Source: Chiloscyllium plagiosum (taxonomy: Eukaryota). From it: a DNA stretch of 53,139 nucleotides. Location: contig NC_057718.1 of NCBI RefSeq assembly GCF_004010195.1, positions 1,564,881-1,618,019 on the forward strand, given 5' to 3'. Position 1 is the first letter of the stretch. Every line of letters begins with the position of its first letter. Made by a program: the position numbers and the translations under genes. The notes beneath the pieces were generated by a model. It was not told the DNA's origin. It made no database searches and was given only the letters and a program-made list of their open reading frames with translations. Below are positions 24,055 to 37,686 of the stretch, one piece after another.

Positions 24055-25795
24055 ACATAGAAACACAGGAAATAACAGCAGGAGTAGACCATTTGGCCTT
24101 TTGAGCTTGTTCTACCATTCGTTATAATCAAGGCTGATCATCCAACTCAATATCCTGTTCCTACTTTTCTCCTGTATCCTTTGATTCCTTTAGGTCAAAG
24201 TGCTGTACCCAACTCCTTTATATTATGCTTTGGCCTTGACTGCTTTTTGTGGCAGAAAATGCTGCAGGCTCATCATTCTCTGGGTGAACACATTTCTCCT
24301 CACCTCAATCCTAAATGACCCACTCTGTAGCATTAGATGATTATCTCATATCCTTAGATTGTGACCTCCTGGTTTTGGACTTCCCTGTCATCAGTAACAT
24401 TCTTCCTGCATCTACCCTGTTAGAATGTTATAGGTTTCTGTGAAACCGCTCTCATTCCTCTAAACTGCAGTGAATACTATCTGAACAGACTTAATCTTTC
24501 CTCATACACCAATCCTATCTTCCCAAGAATCAGTCTGGTAAACCTTTGCTGCACTTCCTGTTTGACAAGAACATCCAAGGAGACTGAAACTGCTCACGAT
24601 ATGCCACTGTCTCTTCATCAATGCCCTGCATAATTGCAGTAGGATATTCCTGCACTTGTACTCAAATCCTCATGCTGTTAAGGCCAACATACCATTTACC
24701 TCTTAACTATCTCCTGCATCTACATGCTTACCTTCGGTGACTGGTGTGCAAGGACACTCAGCTCTCGTTGCACATCCCCCTGTCTCAATTGAGAACTATC
24801 CAGATAATAATCTGCCTTCCTGTTTTTGTCCCAAAGTGGGACACATTATCCTGTCCCTGCCATGCATATGCCCACTCACTCAGCCTGTCCAACTCACACT
24901 GCAGCATCTCTGTACCTTCCTCACAGCTCACCCTCTCATCTGGCTCTGCGACATCTGCAAATTTGGAGACATTACATTTAGTTCCCTCATTCAAATCACT
25001 GATATATATTGGGAATAGCTAGGATCCAAGCATTGATCCCCCCCCGGCAATCTCTTATGTGGGACTTTGTTGTAAGTCTTGTGAAAGGCCAAATAAGCCT
25101 CAGCCAGTGATCCCCCTCATCAGCTTTACTGGTTACATCCTTGACATCCAATAGATTTATCAAACCCTTTCATGAATTCAGACTGATTCTGTTCGATCCT
25201 GTCGTTATTTTCCTAGTGCTCAGCTATTACATCTTTTTTAATGAACTCCAGTATTTTCCCATGCACAATGTCAGATTCGCTGCTCAATAAATCCCGGTTT
25301 TCCCTCCACTTCCCTTCTTAAGTTCTGAAATTTTGGGTTATATTAGCCACTCTCCAAACTATAGAAAGTCTTCTAGAGTTGATAGAATCTTTAAAAGTGA
25401 CCATCAATGCATCCACAATTTTGAGGGACACTTTCTTAAGTACATGTGGAATGTAGGTTATCAGGCCCTGAGGGTTTATTGGCCTTAAATCTCATCAATT
25501 TCAACAACATTTCCCTACAAATACTGATTTTCTTCAGGTCTGTGCTATCACTAAACCTTGTCTTCTCCAACACTTCTGAGATGTTAATTGTGTCCTTCTT
25601 TGTGTACACAGTATGTATTTATTTGCTTACCCATTCCCTTGTTCTCCATTATAAATTCCCCTGTCTCGAACAAAGGGACTTACACCTGTCTTCTTTTTTT
25701 TCCCTTCACTGAGCAATAGAAAATGTTATGGTTAGGCTTTATGATCCCTGCAAGCATACTCCCAAAATCTATTTTCCCTTTCTTAATCAGTTCTT
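24055..25795 (-). mobile_element. Old decayed CR1 (continues ~30098-30190)
   Basis: CNVSKFADV…LDRLSEW RT remnant and 3' tail aggagtagaccatttggcc. Confidence 0.75.
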
Positions 25796-25799
25796 TATC

Positions 25800-25997
25800 G
25801 AAGAGTGTGGTGCTGGAAAAGCATAGCCAATCAGGCAGCGTCCAAGGCACAGGAAAATCAGCTTCATTCCTGATGAAGGGCTTATGCCCAAAACATCGAC
25901 TCTCCTGCTCCTCAGATGCTGCCTGACTGGCTGTGCTTTTTCAGCACCACACTCTTCAACTCTGATCTCCAGAATCTGCAGTCCTCACTTTCTCCTA
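25800..25997 (+). mobile_element. Fold-back PLE end (family C)
   Basis: Arms gaagagtgtggtgctg… / …cagcaccacactcttc with a ~39-nt tail. Hammerhead CTGATGA-a-gggc(ttat)gccc has GAAA mutated to AAAA. No clear TSD. Confidence 0.8.
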
Positions 25998-25999
25998 AT

Positions 26000-28900
26000 C
26001 AAGCATATTTCAGTCAGGCATTTGATAAGGATCCCCATGGTAGACTATTGCACAAAATACGGAGACATGGGATTGAGGGTGATTTAGTGGTTTGGATCAG
26101 AAATTGGCTAACTGAAAAAAGACAGAGGGTGGTGGTTGATGGGAAATGTTCATCCTGGAGTTCAGTTACTAGTGGGGTAACACAAGGATCTGCTTTGGGT
26201 CCACTGCTGTTTGTCATTTTTGTAAATGACTTGGATGAGGGCATAGAAGGATGGGTTAGTAAATTTGTGAATGACACTAAAGTCGGTGGAGTTGTGGATA
26301 GTGCTGGAGGACGTTGCAGATTACAGAGGGTCATAGGTAAGCTGCAGAGCTGGGCTGAGAGGTGGCAAATGGAGTTTAATGCAAAAAGGTGTGAGGTGAT
26401 TCACTTTGGAAGGAGTAACAGGAATGCAGAGTATTGGGCTAATGGTAATGTTCTTGGAAGTGTAGATAAACAGAGAGATCTCGGTGTCCAGGTACATAGA
26501 TCCTTAAAAATTGACACCCAGGTTAATAGGGTTGTTAAAAAAGCATACAATGTGTTAGCTTTTATTGATAGAGGGATTGAGTTTCGGAACATGAGATCAT
26601 ACTGCTGCTGTAAAAAACTCTGGTGCGGCCACATTTGGAGTATTGCGTACAGATCTGCTTATTATAGGAAGGATGTGGAAGCTTTAGCGAGGGTTCAGAG
26701 GAGATTTACTAGGATGTCACCTGGTATGGAAGGAAGGTCTTATGAGGAAAGGCTGAGGGACTTGAGGCTGGTTTTGTTATAGACAATAGACAATAGACAA
26801 TAGGTGCAGGAGTAGGCCATTCTGCCCTTCAAGCCCGCACCACCATTCATTATGATCATGGCTGATCATCCTTAATCAGTATCCTGTTCCTGCCTTATCT
26901 GCATAACCCTTGATTCCACTATCCTTGAGAGCTCTATCCAACTCTTTCTTAAATGAATCCAGAGACTGGGCCTCCACTGCCCTCTGTGGCAGAGCATTCC
27001 ATACACCCACCACTCTCTGGGTGAAGAAGTTTCTCCTCATCTCTGTCCTAAATGGTCTACCCCGTATTTTTAAGCTGTGTCCTCTGGTTCGGCACTCACC
27101 CATCAGCGGAAACATGTTTCCTGCCTCCAGAGTGTCCAATCCTTTAATAATCATATGCGTCTCAATCAGATCCCGTCTCAGTCTAGTAAACTCAAGGGTA
27201 TACAAGCCCAGTCGCTCCAATATTTCAACATAAGATAATCCCGCCATTCCAGGAATTGACCTCGTGAACCTACACTGCACTCCCTCAATAGCCAGAATGT
27301 CTTTCCTCAAATTTGGAGACCAGAACTGCCCACCAGACCCTTGTACAGCTGCAGAAGAACCTCTTTGCTTCTATACTCAGTCCCTCTTGTTATGAAGGCC
27401 AGCATGCTATTAGCTTTATTCACTACCTGCTGTACCTGCATGCTTGCCTTCATTGACTGGTGTACAAGAACACCCAGATTCTTTGTACTGCCCCTTTACC
27501 TAACTTGACTCCATTTAGGTAATAATCTGCCTTCCTGTTCTTGCCACCAAAGTGGATAACCATACATTTATCCACATTAAACTGCATCTGCCATGCATCT
27601 GTCCACTCACCTAACCTGTCCAGGTCACCCTGTAATCTCCTAACATCCTCCTCACATTTCACCCTGCCACCCAGCTTTGTATCATCAGCAAATTTGCTAA
27701 TGTTACTATGAATACCATCTTCTATATCATTAATATATATTATTAAAAGCTGCAGTCCCAGCACCGATCCCTGCGGTACCCCACTGGTCACCGCCTGCCA
27801 TTCCGAAATGGAGCCGTTTATCACTACTCTTTGTTTCCTGTCAGCCAACCAATTTTCAATCCAAGTCAGTACTTTGCCCCCAATACCATGTGCCCTAATT
27901 TTGCTCACTAACCTCCTATGTGGGACTTTATCAAAGGCTTTCTGAAAGTCCAGGTACACTACATCCACTGGATCTCGCTTGTCCATCTTCAGAGTTACAT
28001 CCTCAAAAAATTCCAGAAGATTAGTCAAGCATGATTTCCCTTTCATAAATCCATGCTGACTCTGACCTATCCTGTTACTGCTATCCAGATGTGTCGTAAT
28101 TTCATCCTTTATAATTGACTCCAGCATCTTTCCCACCACTGAGGTCAGACTAACTGGTCTATAATTTCCTGCTTTATCTCTCGCTCCTTTCTTAAAAAGT
28201 GGTACAACATTAGCCACCCTCCAATCCGCAGGAACTGATCCCGAATCTATCGAACTCTGGAAAATAATCACCAACGCATCCACGATTTCTCGAGCCACCT
28301 CCTTCAGTACCCTGGGATGTAGACCATCAGGCACCGGGGACTTATCAACCTTCAGACATAGCAGTCTCTCCAACACCAATTCCTGGCAAATATAAATTTC
28401 CATCAATTCAGGTCCTTCAGCCACTGTTGCCTCAGGGAGATTGCTTGTGTCTTCCCCAGTGAACACAGATCTGAAGTACCAATTCAACTCTTCTGTTGTT
28501 TCTTTGTTCCCCGTAATATATTCCCCTGTTTCTGTCTTCAAGGGTTCAATTTTAGTCTTAACTATTTTTTTCCCTTTCACGTACCTAAAAAAGCTTTTAC
28601 TATCCTCCTTTATATTTTTGGCCAGTTTACCTACGTACCTCATTTTTTCTCTGCATATTTCCTTCTTAGTAATCCTCTGTTGTTCTTTAAAAGCTTCCAA
28701 GTCCTCCGTTTTCCCACTCATCTTTGCTATGTTATACTTTTTCTCTTTTGACTTTATCTGTTTCTTAACTTCCCTCGTCAGCCACGGCCACCCATGCCCC
28801 CTCCTAGGATCTATCTTCCTTTTTGGAATGAACTGATCCTGCATCTTCTGATTTATACCCAGAAATATGTGCCATTGTTCCTCCACTGTCATCCCTGCTA

Positions 28901-30097
28901 AGGTATTGCACCATTGAACTTTGGCCAGCTCCTCCCTCATAGCTCCATAGTTCCCTTTATTCAACTGAAATATTGTCACTTCCGATTGTACCCTCTCCCT
29001 CTCAAATTGCAGATTGAAGTTTATTGTATTATGTCACTACTTCCCAATGGCTCCTTCACTTCGAGGTCCCTGATCAATTCTGGTTTGTTGCACAATACCA
29101 GATCCAGAATTGCCTTCTCCCTGGTAGGCTACAGCACCAGCTATTCTAAGAATCCATCTCAGAGGTACTCCACAAAGTCTCTTTCTTGAGGTCCAATACC
29201 ATCCTGATTCTACCAGTCTACCTGCATGTTGAAATCCCCCATAACAACTGTAGTAATATCTTTGCAACAGGCCAATTTCAGCTCCTTATTCAACTTACAC
29301 CCTACATCCATACTACTGTTTCGGGGCCTGTAGATAACTCCCAAGAGGGTCTTTCTATCCTTAGAATTTCTCAGCTCTATCCATACTGACTCTACATCCC
29401 CTGATTCTCGGTCCCCCCGCGCAAGGGACTGAATATCATTCCTTACCAACAGGGCCACCCCACCCCCTTTGCCCGTCAGTCTGTCCTTATGATAGCACGT
29501 ATAGCCTTGAATATTCATTGCCCAGGCCCTGTCCACTTGAAGCCACGTCTCAGTTATCCCACAATATCGTAGCTGCCAATTTCCAAAAGAGCCTCAAGCT
29601 CATCCATCTTATGTCTAATGCTTCGTGCATTCATATATAGTATTTTTAATTTGTTACTGCCCTCACCTTTCCTATCAACCCCTATTTCACTCAACCTTAC
29701 AGCATGATCCCTTTTTGAGTTTTCTGCTTCATTGATAGAAGAGGGTTGAGAGGTGACTTAATTGAGACATATAAGATAATCAGAGGGTTAGATAGGGTGG
29801 ACAGGGAGAGCCTTTTCCCTCAGATGGTGACAGCTAGTAAAAGGGGACTTAGCTTTAAATTGAGGGGTGATAGATATAGGACAGATGTCAGAGGTAGTTT
29901 CTTTACTCAGAGAGTAGTAGTGGCGTGGAAAGTACTGCCTGCAACAATAGTAGACTCACCAACTTTAAGGGCATTTAAATGGCCATTGGATAGGCACATG
30001 GATAAGAATGGAATCGTGTCGGTTAGATAGACTTCAGATTGGTTCCACAGGTCGGCTGAAGGGCCTGTACTGCATTGTAATGTTCTATGTTCTATGT
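26000..30097 (+). mobile_element. 5'-truncated CR1 RT/3' end split by a younger antisense CR1
   Basis: FSQAFDKDPHGRL…RLRDLRL (26000-26780) resumes as RGDLIETYKIIRG… at 29738-30097. Confidence 0.88.
26781..29737 (-). mobile_element. Relatively young CR1 LINE, complete ORF2 span with few frameshifts
   Basis: EN start LKILYMNARSIRHK at ~29650. The 509-aa ORF 27450-28979 contains YLDFQKAFDKV, GVPQGSVLG and FADD. The 3' microsatellite reads (atagaca)n on +. Confidence 0.95.
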
Positions 30098-31145
30098 TCA
30101 ATCCTTTGTCCTACTTTGCTGAATTCAAAACTGCTCCCATTTCTCATGTTCATTAATGTTTTTCTGGCCAACTTGAATGCCTCTTCTTTGGATAAGAAAC
30201 AGAAGAAGTAGGCCATTCAGCCCCTCAAGCTTGCTCCACCATTGAATACAATCGTGGCTGATCCAACATTTCTTCCACATTTTTGTACCCTTTCACTGTA
30301 ACAGTTGATGCCCTGACTGCCACAGAGCATAAGATACAGGAGCAGAATTAGGCCTGTAATCTGCTTGGCTGTTCAATCATGGTTGACATATTTCTCAACT
30401 CCCATTCTCCTGCCTTCTCCCTGAAATCCTCGATCCACTCACTAATCAGGAATGTATCTATCTGTCTTAAAAAACCCTCAGTGACTTGGCCTCCACAGCT
30501 CTCTGTGGCATTCAGTTCCACAGAATCACCACCCTCTCGCTGAAGAAATTCCTTCTCATCTCAGTGCCAAAGGATCATCACTTCACTCTGAGGCTGTGCC
30601 TCCAAGTCCTGGTCTCTCCTACTAGTAGAAACATTCACTCCACATCCACTCTATCAAGGTCCCTCACTATCCTGTAAATTTCGATGAGATTTCCCCCTCA
30701 TCCTTCTAAACTCCATTGAGTACAGACCCAGAGTTCTCAACCACTCCTCATATGACAAGCTCATTATCCCCAAGATCATTCTTGTAAACATCCTCTGAAC
30801 CCTCACCAACATCAGCATATCCTTCCTTAGGTACGGGACTCAAAACTGCTCACCATATTCCAAATGTGGTCTGACCAGAGCCTTATAAGCCTAGCTTTAC
30901 ATCCCTGCTCTTATTTTCTTGACTTCATGAAATGAATGTAAACGTTGCATTTGCCTTCCTAATTAATAATTGAACCTGCATCTTAACCTTAAGGGAATCC
31001 TAAGGTAGAACTCGTAAATCCCACTGCACTTCAGTTTTCCGATTCCTTTCCTCATTTAGAAAAAGTCGAAGTCTCTATTCTTCCTACCAAAATGTACATT
31101 CCCATAATTTGCCACATTGTATTCTGACTGCAAGTTCTTTGTACA

Positions 31146-32137
31146 GTGTGTTTTGAGAAGATTTGTAGCTCACTTTGAGGCTTTGGATGTTCATTTGCTT
31201 GCTGAGCTGGAAGGTTCATTTCCAGACGTATCATCACCCTACTAGTGGGCCTCAGGTGAAGTACTGCTGAAAATTTCTGCTTTCTGTTAATATGTTTGGT
31301 TTCTTTGGGTTGGTGATGTCATTTCCTTTGGTGATGTTAGTTCCTGTGGTGAAGTCGCTTCCTGTTCTTTTTCTCAGGAGGTGGTAGATGGGGGTCTAAC
31401 TCGATGTGTTTATTGATAGAGTTTTGGTTAGAATGCTATGCCTCTAGGAATTCTCGTGCGTGTCTCTGTTTGGCTTGTCCTAGGGTGGATGTGTTGTCCC
31501 AGTCAAAGTGGTGTCCTTCCTCATCCATATGTGAGGATACTAGTGAGAGAGGGTCATGTCTTTTTGTGGATAGTTGATGTTCATGTATCCTGGTGGCTAG
31601 TTTTCTGCCTGTTTTCCAATGTACTGTTTGTTACAGTTCTTGCACAGTATTTTGTAAACGATGTTAGTTTTGCTCATTGTCTGTATAGGGTCTTTCAAGT
31701 TCATTAGCTGCTGTTTTAGTGTGTTGGCAGGTTTGTGGGCTACCATGATGCCAAGGGGTCTGAGTAGTCTGGCAGTCATTTCTGAGAAGTCTTTGATGTA
31801 GGGGAGAGTGGCTAGGGTTTCTGGATGTGTTCTGTCTGCTTGTTTGGGTTTGTTGCTGAGAAATCTGTGGACTGTGTGTTCATTGGGTACCCATTTTTTT
31901 TGAATACACTGTGTAGGTGATTTTCCTCTACTCTGTGTAGTTCCTCTGTGCTGCAATGTGTGGTGGCTCGTTGAAACATATAAATAGGAAGCAGAAATTT
32001 TCAACATTGCTTCGCCTGAGGCCCACTGAAGATGTTACCTAGCATGGTGATGAAACGTCTGGAAATGAACCTTCCAGCTCAGTGAGCAAGCCTACATCCA
32101 GAATCTCAACCTGAGGTATAAATCTTCTCAAAACTCT
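31146..32137 (-). mobile_element. Penelope-like element 3' part (GIY-YIG) bounded by inverted pLTR ends
   Basis: Minus ORF TLPYIKDFSEMTARLLRPLGIMVAHKP…KDP…NIVYKILCKNCNKQYIG (GIY-YIG). Inverted ends ttttgagaagattt… / …aaatcttctcaaaa. Confidence 0.9.
32023..32062 (+). ncRNA. Intact minimal hammerhead ribozyme motif, sense to host pre-mRNA
   Basis: cca-CTGAAGA-t-gttacc(tagcat)ggtgat-GAAA-c-GTC-tgg has all core nucleotides, a fully paired helix II (with G-U pairs) and helix I cca/tgg. Confidence 0.78.
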
Positions 32138-32927
32138 TTAGCATTTTTCATAAGACAATCCCTCCATACCAGGGATCATCCTAGTGAACCTTCTGTGAAC
32201 TACCTCCAATAAGATGATATCTTTCCTTAAATAATGGAACCAAAAATGCTCTTGGTGCTCCAGATGTGGTCTCACCAGTTGCAATAAGCATTCCCTACTT
32301 TTATACTCAAACTGTCTTGAAATAAGTACCAACTTTCCATTAGCCTTCCTGATAACTTGTTATCCATGTGTGCTCGCTTTCTGTGTTTCATACATAAATA
32401 CGCCCAAGCCCCTCTGTGTTGCTGTTTCCTGCAGTTTTTCTCCATTTGAATAATATTCTGATCTTTTGCTCTCCCACCTAAATTGAGCAGCTTTGCATTT
32501 TCCCACATTATACGCCATTGACAATTTTTTGCCCACTGATGTAACTGATTAATATCTCTCTGTAAACTCTTTGTATTCCTCTCACAGTTTACCTTCCCAT
32601 CTATTTTTGTGTTTTCTACAAATTTGGCTGCAATACTTTCATTTCCTTCCAGTACTAACTCCAGTTTCCCTGTAGGTCTTGCTTTGGCCACCTTTCCTGT
32701 TTTGTTTTTATTTACCCGACAGGAACACACAATTATTGTAGTTCAACCATGCACTCTTTGAATGTTTGCCATTACCTTACCACCATCATCCTTTTTAGTA
32801 ACACCCACCCCCTGAATTTGTCATAACCAACTTGCACCTCAGATCATTGTAATGTACTCTATTTAGACTGAGGATCCTAGTCTGGGATTCAGCTAAGTCA
32901 CTTTTCATACTAGTTACGAATGAAAGG

Positions 32928-33240
32928 GGTGGCACAGAGGCTCAGTGTCTCACACTGCTGCTTCACAGCATGAGGGACCCAGGTTTGATTCCAACCTCAG
33001 TTGACTGTCTGTGTGCAACTTGCACATTCTCCCTGTTTCTGCATAAGTTTTCTCCAGGTTCTGTGGTTTCCTCCCACAACCTAAAGATGTGCAGGTTAGG
33101 TGGATTGGCCATGGGACATTGCCATAGTGTCCAGGGATGTGCAGACCAGGTGGATTAGCCCAGGGAAATGCAGGGTTCTAGGGCGGGTCTGGATAAGATG
33201 CTCTTCAGAGAGTCGGTGTGTATTGATAGGCTGAGCGGCC
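32928..33240 (+). mobile_element. HE1/V-SINE (older copy)
   Basis: ggcacagaggctcagtg…ggtttgattcc…aagatgtgcaggttaggtggattggccat. Confidence 0.8.
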
Positions 33241-33378
33241 TGACCCCGAAAGGGGCCTCATCAACTAGATTGTCACTCATTCCTTACTCATTACACAACA
33301 TCCAGTCAAAGGTGGCCTGTTTTTCTCATTGGTTCCTCAATCTATTGGTAAAGAAAACCATTCTGTATACCATTAAAG

Positions 33379-34127
33379 CCAACACTAACTGTGGTTTGAA
33401 AGTCTCCTTAATACATGGAATCAAAAGCACACAAATGCCATTTTATGTGACTCAATAATAGGTAATTCCATACTCAAATAGTAAACTATCTAACTTGTAC
33501 ATAGAATCTACTTTTCTGGAATTTGTCGTCTGCTACACTCGACATTCTGAAACATTGCCACTTGGTGGTGCTGTAAGTAACATTTGATTTGGAGATGCCG
33601 GTGTTGGACTGGGGGGTACAAAGTCAAAAATCACACAACACCAGGTTATAGACCAACAAACCTGTTGGACTATAATCTGGTGCTATGTGATTTTTGACTT
33701 GGTAACATTTGAAATCATGATGTCTCTAAGCAAGCAAATACAAGATTTCATCCCAGGGAACACACCTAGAAATACAAGGTGATGTATATTGGGAGGATGA
33801 GAAAAATGATACCCACACTGAAGGGCAAGTGCAGAAAAACTTCAGGCTCAGAATTAAACACATAAGGGGAAGGAAAAACTGGTGAAATCCTTTGAGGGAG
33901 TGCAGAGTGAGTCATTATGATACGATGAATAAGGTTTTCTCATTATAAAATTGGTGAAGGTTAGTGGTAGATTAAAAAAAGAAACAATTTTAGAACTAGC
34001 AAAATAAGACAAAAAGGGACAAAAGATGAGTATGAGAGAAAGCTAGCTTTAAAGATGGTAAATAGTCCATGTTCCTACAAGTATTTAAATGGGAAAAAGA
34101 GTTATTAAAGCTACTCAAATGGAAACA
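33379..34127 (+). repeat. Local duplication, copy 1 (pairs with 45996-46604)
   Basis: Near-identical to 45996-46604 apart from a 114-bp insertion and small differences. Confidence 0.93.
33588..33701 (-). mobile_element. Minimal fold-back PLE end (family B), hammerhead absent
   Basis: Arms aagtcaaaaatcacac…ccaaca / tgttgg…gatttttgactt with a ~33-nt tail. TSD gtaacatttga at 33577-33587 and 33702-33712. The site is empty in the duplicate copy. Confidence 0.9.
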
Positions 34128-35261
34128 TAGAAACAGCAGTAGGCCATTCAGCCCCTGAAACCTGCTTCACCATTCAATAAGATCATAGCTGATCTGTGGT
34201 TTAACTCTCAAGGTGCCTGACTCGTGTCCTTATCCCTTGATGCCCTTGTTTAATAAACAGTTGTCTATCTCAAATTTAAGTTTGACAATTGCATTAACAT
34301 TGACCACTCTTTGAGGAAGAAAGTGCCAAATGTCCATGACTATTTGCATTTAGAAGTGCATCCGAATATCTCTCCTGAATGGCCTGGCTCTAAACCTTAG
34401 ACTATGTCCACAGTTCTAAAATCTTCAACCTGGGGAAATAGTTTATCTTTATCTACCCTGAGTTTCCCCATTAATATCCCGAACACCTTGATTAGATCAT
34501 TCCTTAACCTTTTCCATCTTCAGAGAAGAAAGGCCTAATTTGTTCAATCTCTCCACATAATATAACCCCTGAAGTCCAGGTATAACCCTTGTAAACCTGT
34601 GTTGAACTCCCTCCTCAGATATGGTGCCTAGATCTGTTCATAGTACTCTTAGTGGAGCCTAACTTCGGTTTTGTGTAACTGCAGCATTTTGTCTACATCC
34701 CTGTACTCCAGCTCTTTAGATATGAAGACCAGCATTCCATTAGCCTTCTAATTTCTGCATCTGTCCTTGGCATTTTAAAGAGACCCCCTAATCTTGTTGG
34801 AAATCCGCTGTATTTAACTTTATGCCATATAAATACTACCCATTTCTATCAATTTTTTGGTCTGAAATGGATAGCCTTGCACTTATTTATAAGAAAATCC
34901 ATCTGCCACAGCTTTGCCTATTCATTTAATCTATCGATATCCTGCTGTAATTTTATGCTGTCACCAACACTGTCCGCAATGCTGGCCAATTTTGTTTTGT
35001 TAATGGGTATTGTGAGCAATTAAGGCCCCAAAACAGATCCCTACTTTCATATCCTGTCAATTTAGTACTTACCCATTAATCAAATTCTCTGTTTCCTACC
35101 CATATCAGTAATTTGCCCTCATTTCTATGGGCTTCCACCTTAGCTAACATTCTCTTGGGTGGGAATTTATCAAAATGTTGCTGCAAGTTCATATAAACAA
35201 CATCCATCGACTTACTTCTGTCCACCACCTTTGTCAATTCTTCAAAAACCTCGATGAGTTT

Positions 35262-35590
35262 TAGATTAGATTAGATTAGATTAGATTAGATTACAGTGTG
35301 GAAACAGGCCCTTCGGCCCAACAAGTCCACACCGACCCGCCGAAGCGCAAACCACCCATACCCCTACAGTTACCCCTTACCTAACACTACGGGCAATTTA
35401 GCATGGCCAATTCACCTGACCTGCACATCTTTGGACTGTGGGAGGAAACCGGAGTAACCGGAGGAAACCCACGCAGACACGGGGAGAACGTGCAAACTCC
35501 ACACAGTCAGTCGCCTGAGGCAGGAATTGAACCCGTGTCTCTGGCACTGTGAGGCAGCAGTGCTAACCACTGTGCCACCGTGCCGTCCCT
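35262..35590 (-). mobile_element. Full-length young HE1 (V-SINE)
   Basis: Minus strand: tRNA head with A box tggcacagtgg and B box gggttcaattcc, V domain, CR1-like tail and (TCTAA)n end. Confidence 0.92.
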
Positions 35591-37405
35591 GTCAAGCATG
35601 ACTTACCCTTCATGAATCCATGCTGACCCTCCCTTCATTAACGGAATTTTTTGAGGTGATCAGTTACCCTATCCTTGATTGTAGACCACAATAATTTCTC
35701 CATCACAGATGTTAAGCTAATTGGCATATAATTCCTTGGTTTCCCTCTGTCACCCTCCTTAAAGAGCAAAGTGTCATGAGGAAATTTCCAGTCCAGAGGT
35801 ACAACTCCCAAATGTAGGGAGCTATGAAAGATTATGCTAAGGGCATCAACAGTGTCCTCTCCCACCTCCTTTAACACCAGTGGATGGAAACAGTCAATTC
35901 TAGGGATTTTTCACTCTTTAGTTCCATTAATTTCCCCATTACTAATGATTTACTTTAGCTAATTTTATTCAGACTCTATCCATGATCCTCTGTTAATTTC
36001 TTTGGGACTTTGGGAAAACTGTCCTCCTTTACTTCTGTGAATGCTGCAGCAAAGTAATCGTTCAGCGTATTTGTCATTTCCCTGTGGTCATTGATAGTAT
36101 CCCCAGTCTCAGCCCTCAGTGGACCAATCGTACTCTTAGCCAGCCACATTTCTTTTATATAGCCATATTGTCCCATTGTGTGTACTGTTCTTTGCATTTT
36201 ATATACCCCTGTTATTTAAGTTTATGCTGTCCTGTACCACTTAGATGTCCATTGCTATTTTTTTGATTAGGTGGAGCTTTTCCTTCACATGGATATGATT
36301 TGCTTCTAAATAGCATTCAATGTTCCTTTGATCACCTTCCATTGTTCCTCGATTGCTTTACCTTATAGCAGAGATTCCCCATTTACTATGGATAATCTCT
36401 GCCTCATTCCATTAAAGTCTACCTGACTTAAACTTAAAATTCTAATATCCAATCTTTGCTTATCTCTTATAAATTTGATCATGTTATGATCACTATTTGA
36501 CAAATGCTTATGAACAACTAGGTCACTAATTACATCAGGCTCATTGCTCATTACTAGGTCCAATATTCCTTGTCCCCTTGTCACATCCTATTACTGGAGG
36601 AAACTATCTCGGACATACTCCAGAAATTCACAACCTGCTGGCAGGCACTTGTTAGTCTATTCCAGTCAATGTTAAGATTAAAATTCACCTATTTTGCTTT
36701 TGCTACATTGTTGCCTAATTTCAGCTTTTATAAATTTAATGAAGCACTTCTGAGCTGCAATCAGGTGGTTTATCTATGACATGTATTGTGGTTTTAGTTC
36801 CTTTATGGTTCCCCAGTTCCACATATAAGGTCCTCACTTGGCCTACTCCCCTCATTACATCCTCCCTCACCATAGAAATAGTCTTGTTTCTAATCAGCAA
36901 TACCACTCCACCCCATCTGCTGGTTTCTCTATCCCTCCTTTGATCCTTATCACCTGACATGTTTAGTTCCCAGTCCTGACCAGCCTGTAGCCCTGTTTCT
37001 GCCATGGATACAGTAGCATAGTTTCAATTTGAATTTGTGTCTGCAGTTCGTGTAATTTGTTCCTTACACTCTGTGCATTTGTATAAAGACCTCTTATTTT
37101 ACCTGTACGCTCTATCCTATCCTTCAGCATCTTTTTGTTATTTCTCTCTCTTGTCTTATTCAAAACATTATTTATAACCTTGCCTTGTTCATTAAACGGG
37201 CTCTGCTTTTTCATCCTATTAACCTCTCTACCTACTCCTCACGTGCTGACCTGCTGCTCTGGTTCCCATGCCCCTGCCATATTAGTTTCATCCGTCTCAA
37301 GTGGCATGAGTGAATTTTCATGCAAGGATATTGGTGCCCTTCCAGTTTAAATGCAATCTGTCCTTCTTGTGTGGGTCCCACCCGACCTGGAACAGATCCT
37401 GATGA

Positions 37406-37686
37406 TTCGATTCCCTACAGTGTGGAAACAGGCCCTTCGGCCCAACTAGTCCACACCAAGCCTCTGAAGAGTAACCCACCCAGACCCATTCCCCCTAACT
37501 AACGCACTAACTCTACGGGCAATTTAGCATAGCCAATTCACCTAACCTGCACATCTTTGGACTGTGGGAGGAAACCCACGCAGACACAGGGAGAATGTGC
37601 AAACTCCACACAGACAGTTGCCCGAGGCTGGAATCAAACCCGGGTCCATGGTGCTGTGAGGCAGCAGTGTTAACCACTGAGCCACA
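37406..37686 (-). mobile_element. HE1 (V-SINE)
   Basis: Same architecture as 35262-35590. Confidence 0.88.

Larger units (their letters stand above)
30200..32900 (-). mobile_element. Decayed CR1 3' fragments flanking a PLE insertion
   Basis: LVRPHLE…RRFTRMIPGM and FFSERVV..WN remnants at 30200-31140 and 32138-32900. Confidence 0.7.

Noticed and set aside
27450..28979. 509-aa RT ORF as a host, retron or domesticated RT gene
   Set aside because: It is a standard CR1 ORF2 piece with frameshifts on both sides, a 3' microsatellite tail and many decayed relatives in the window.
35520..35590. tRNA gene-like A/B boxes
   Set aside because: These are the tRNA-derived head of an HE1 SINE, continuous with the V domain and tail. 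The same applies to the other SINE heads and the fragment near 22020-22080.
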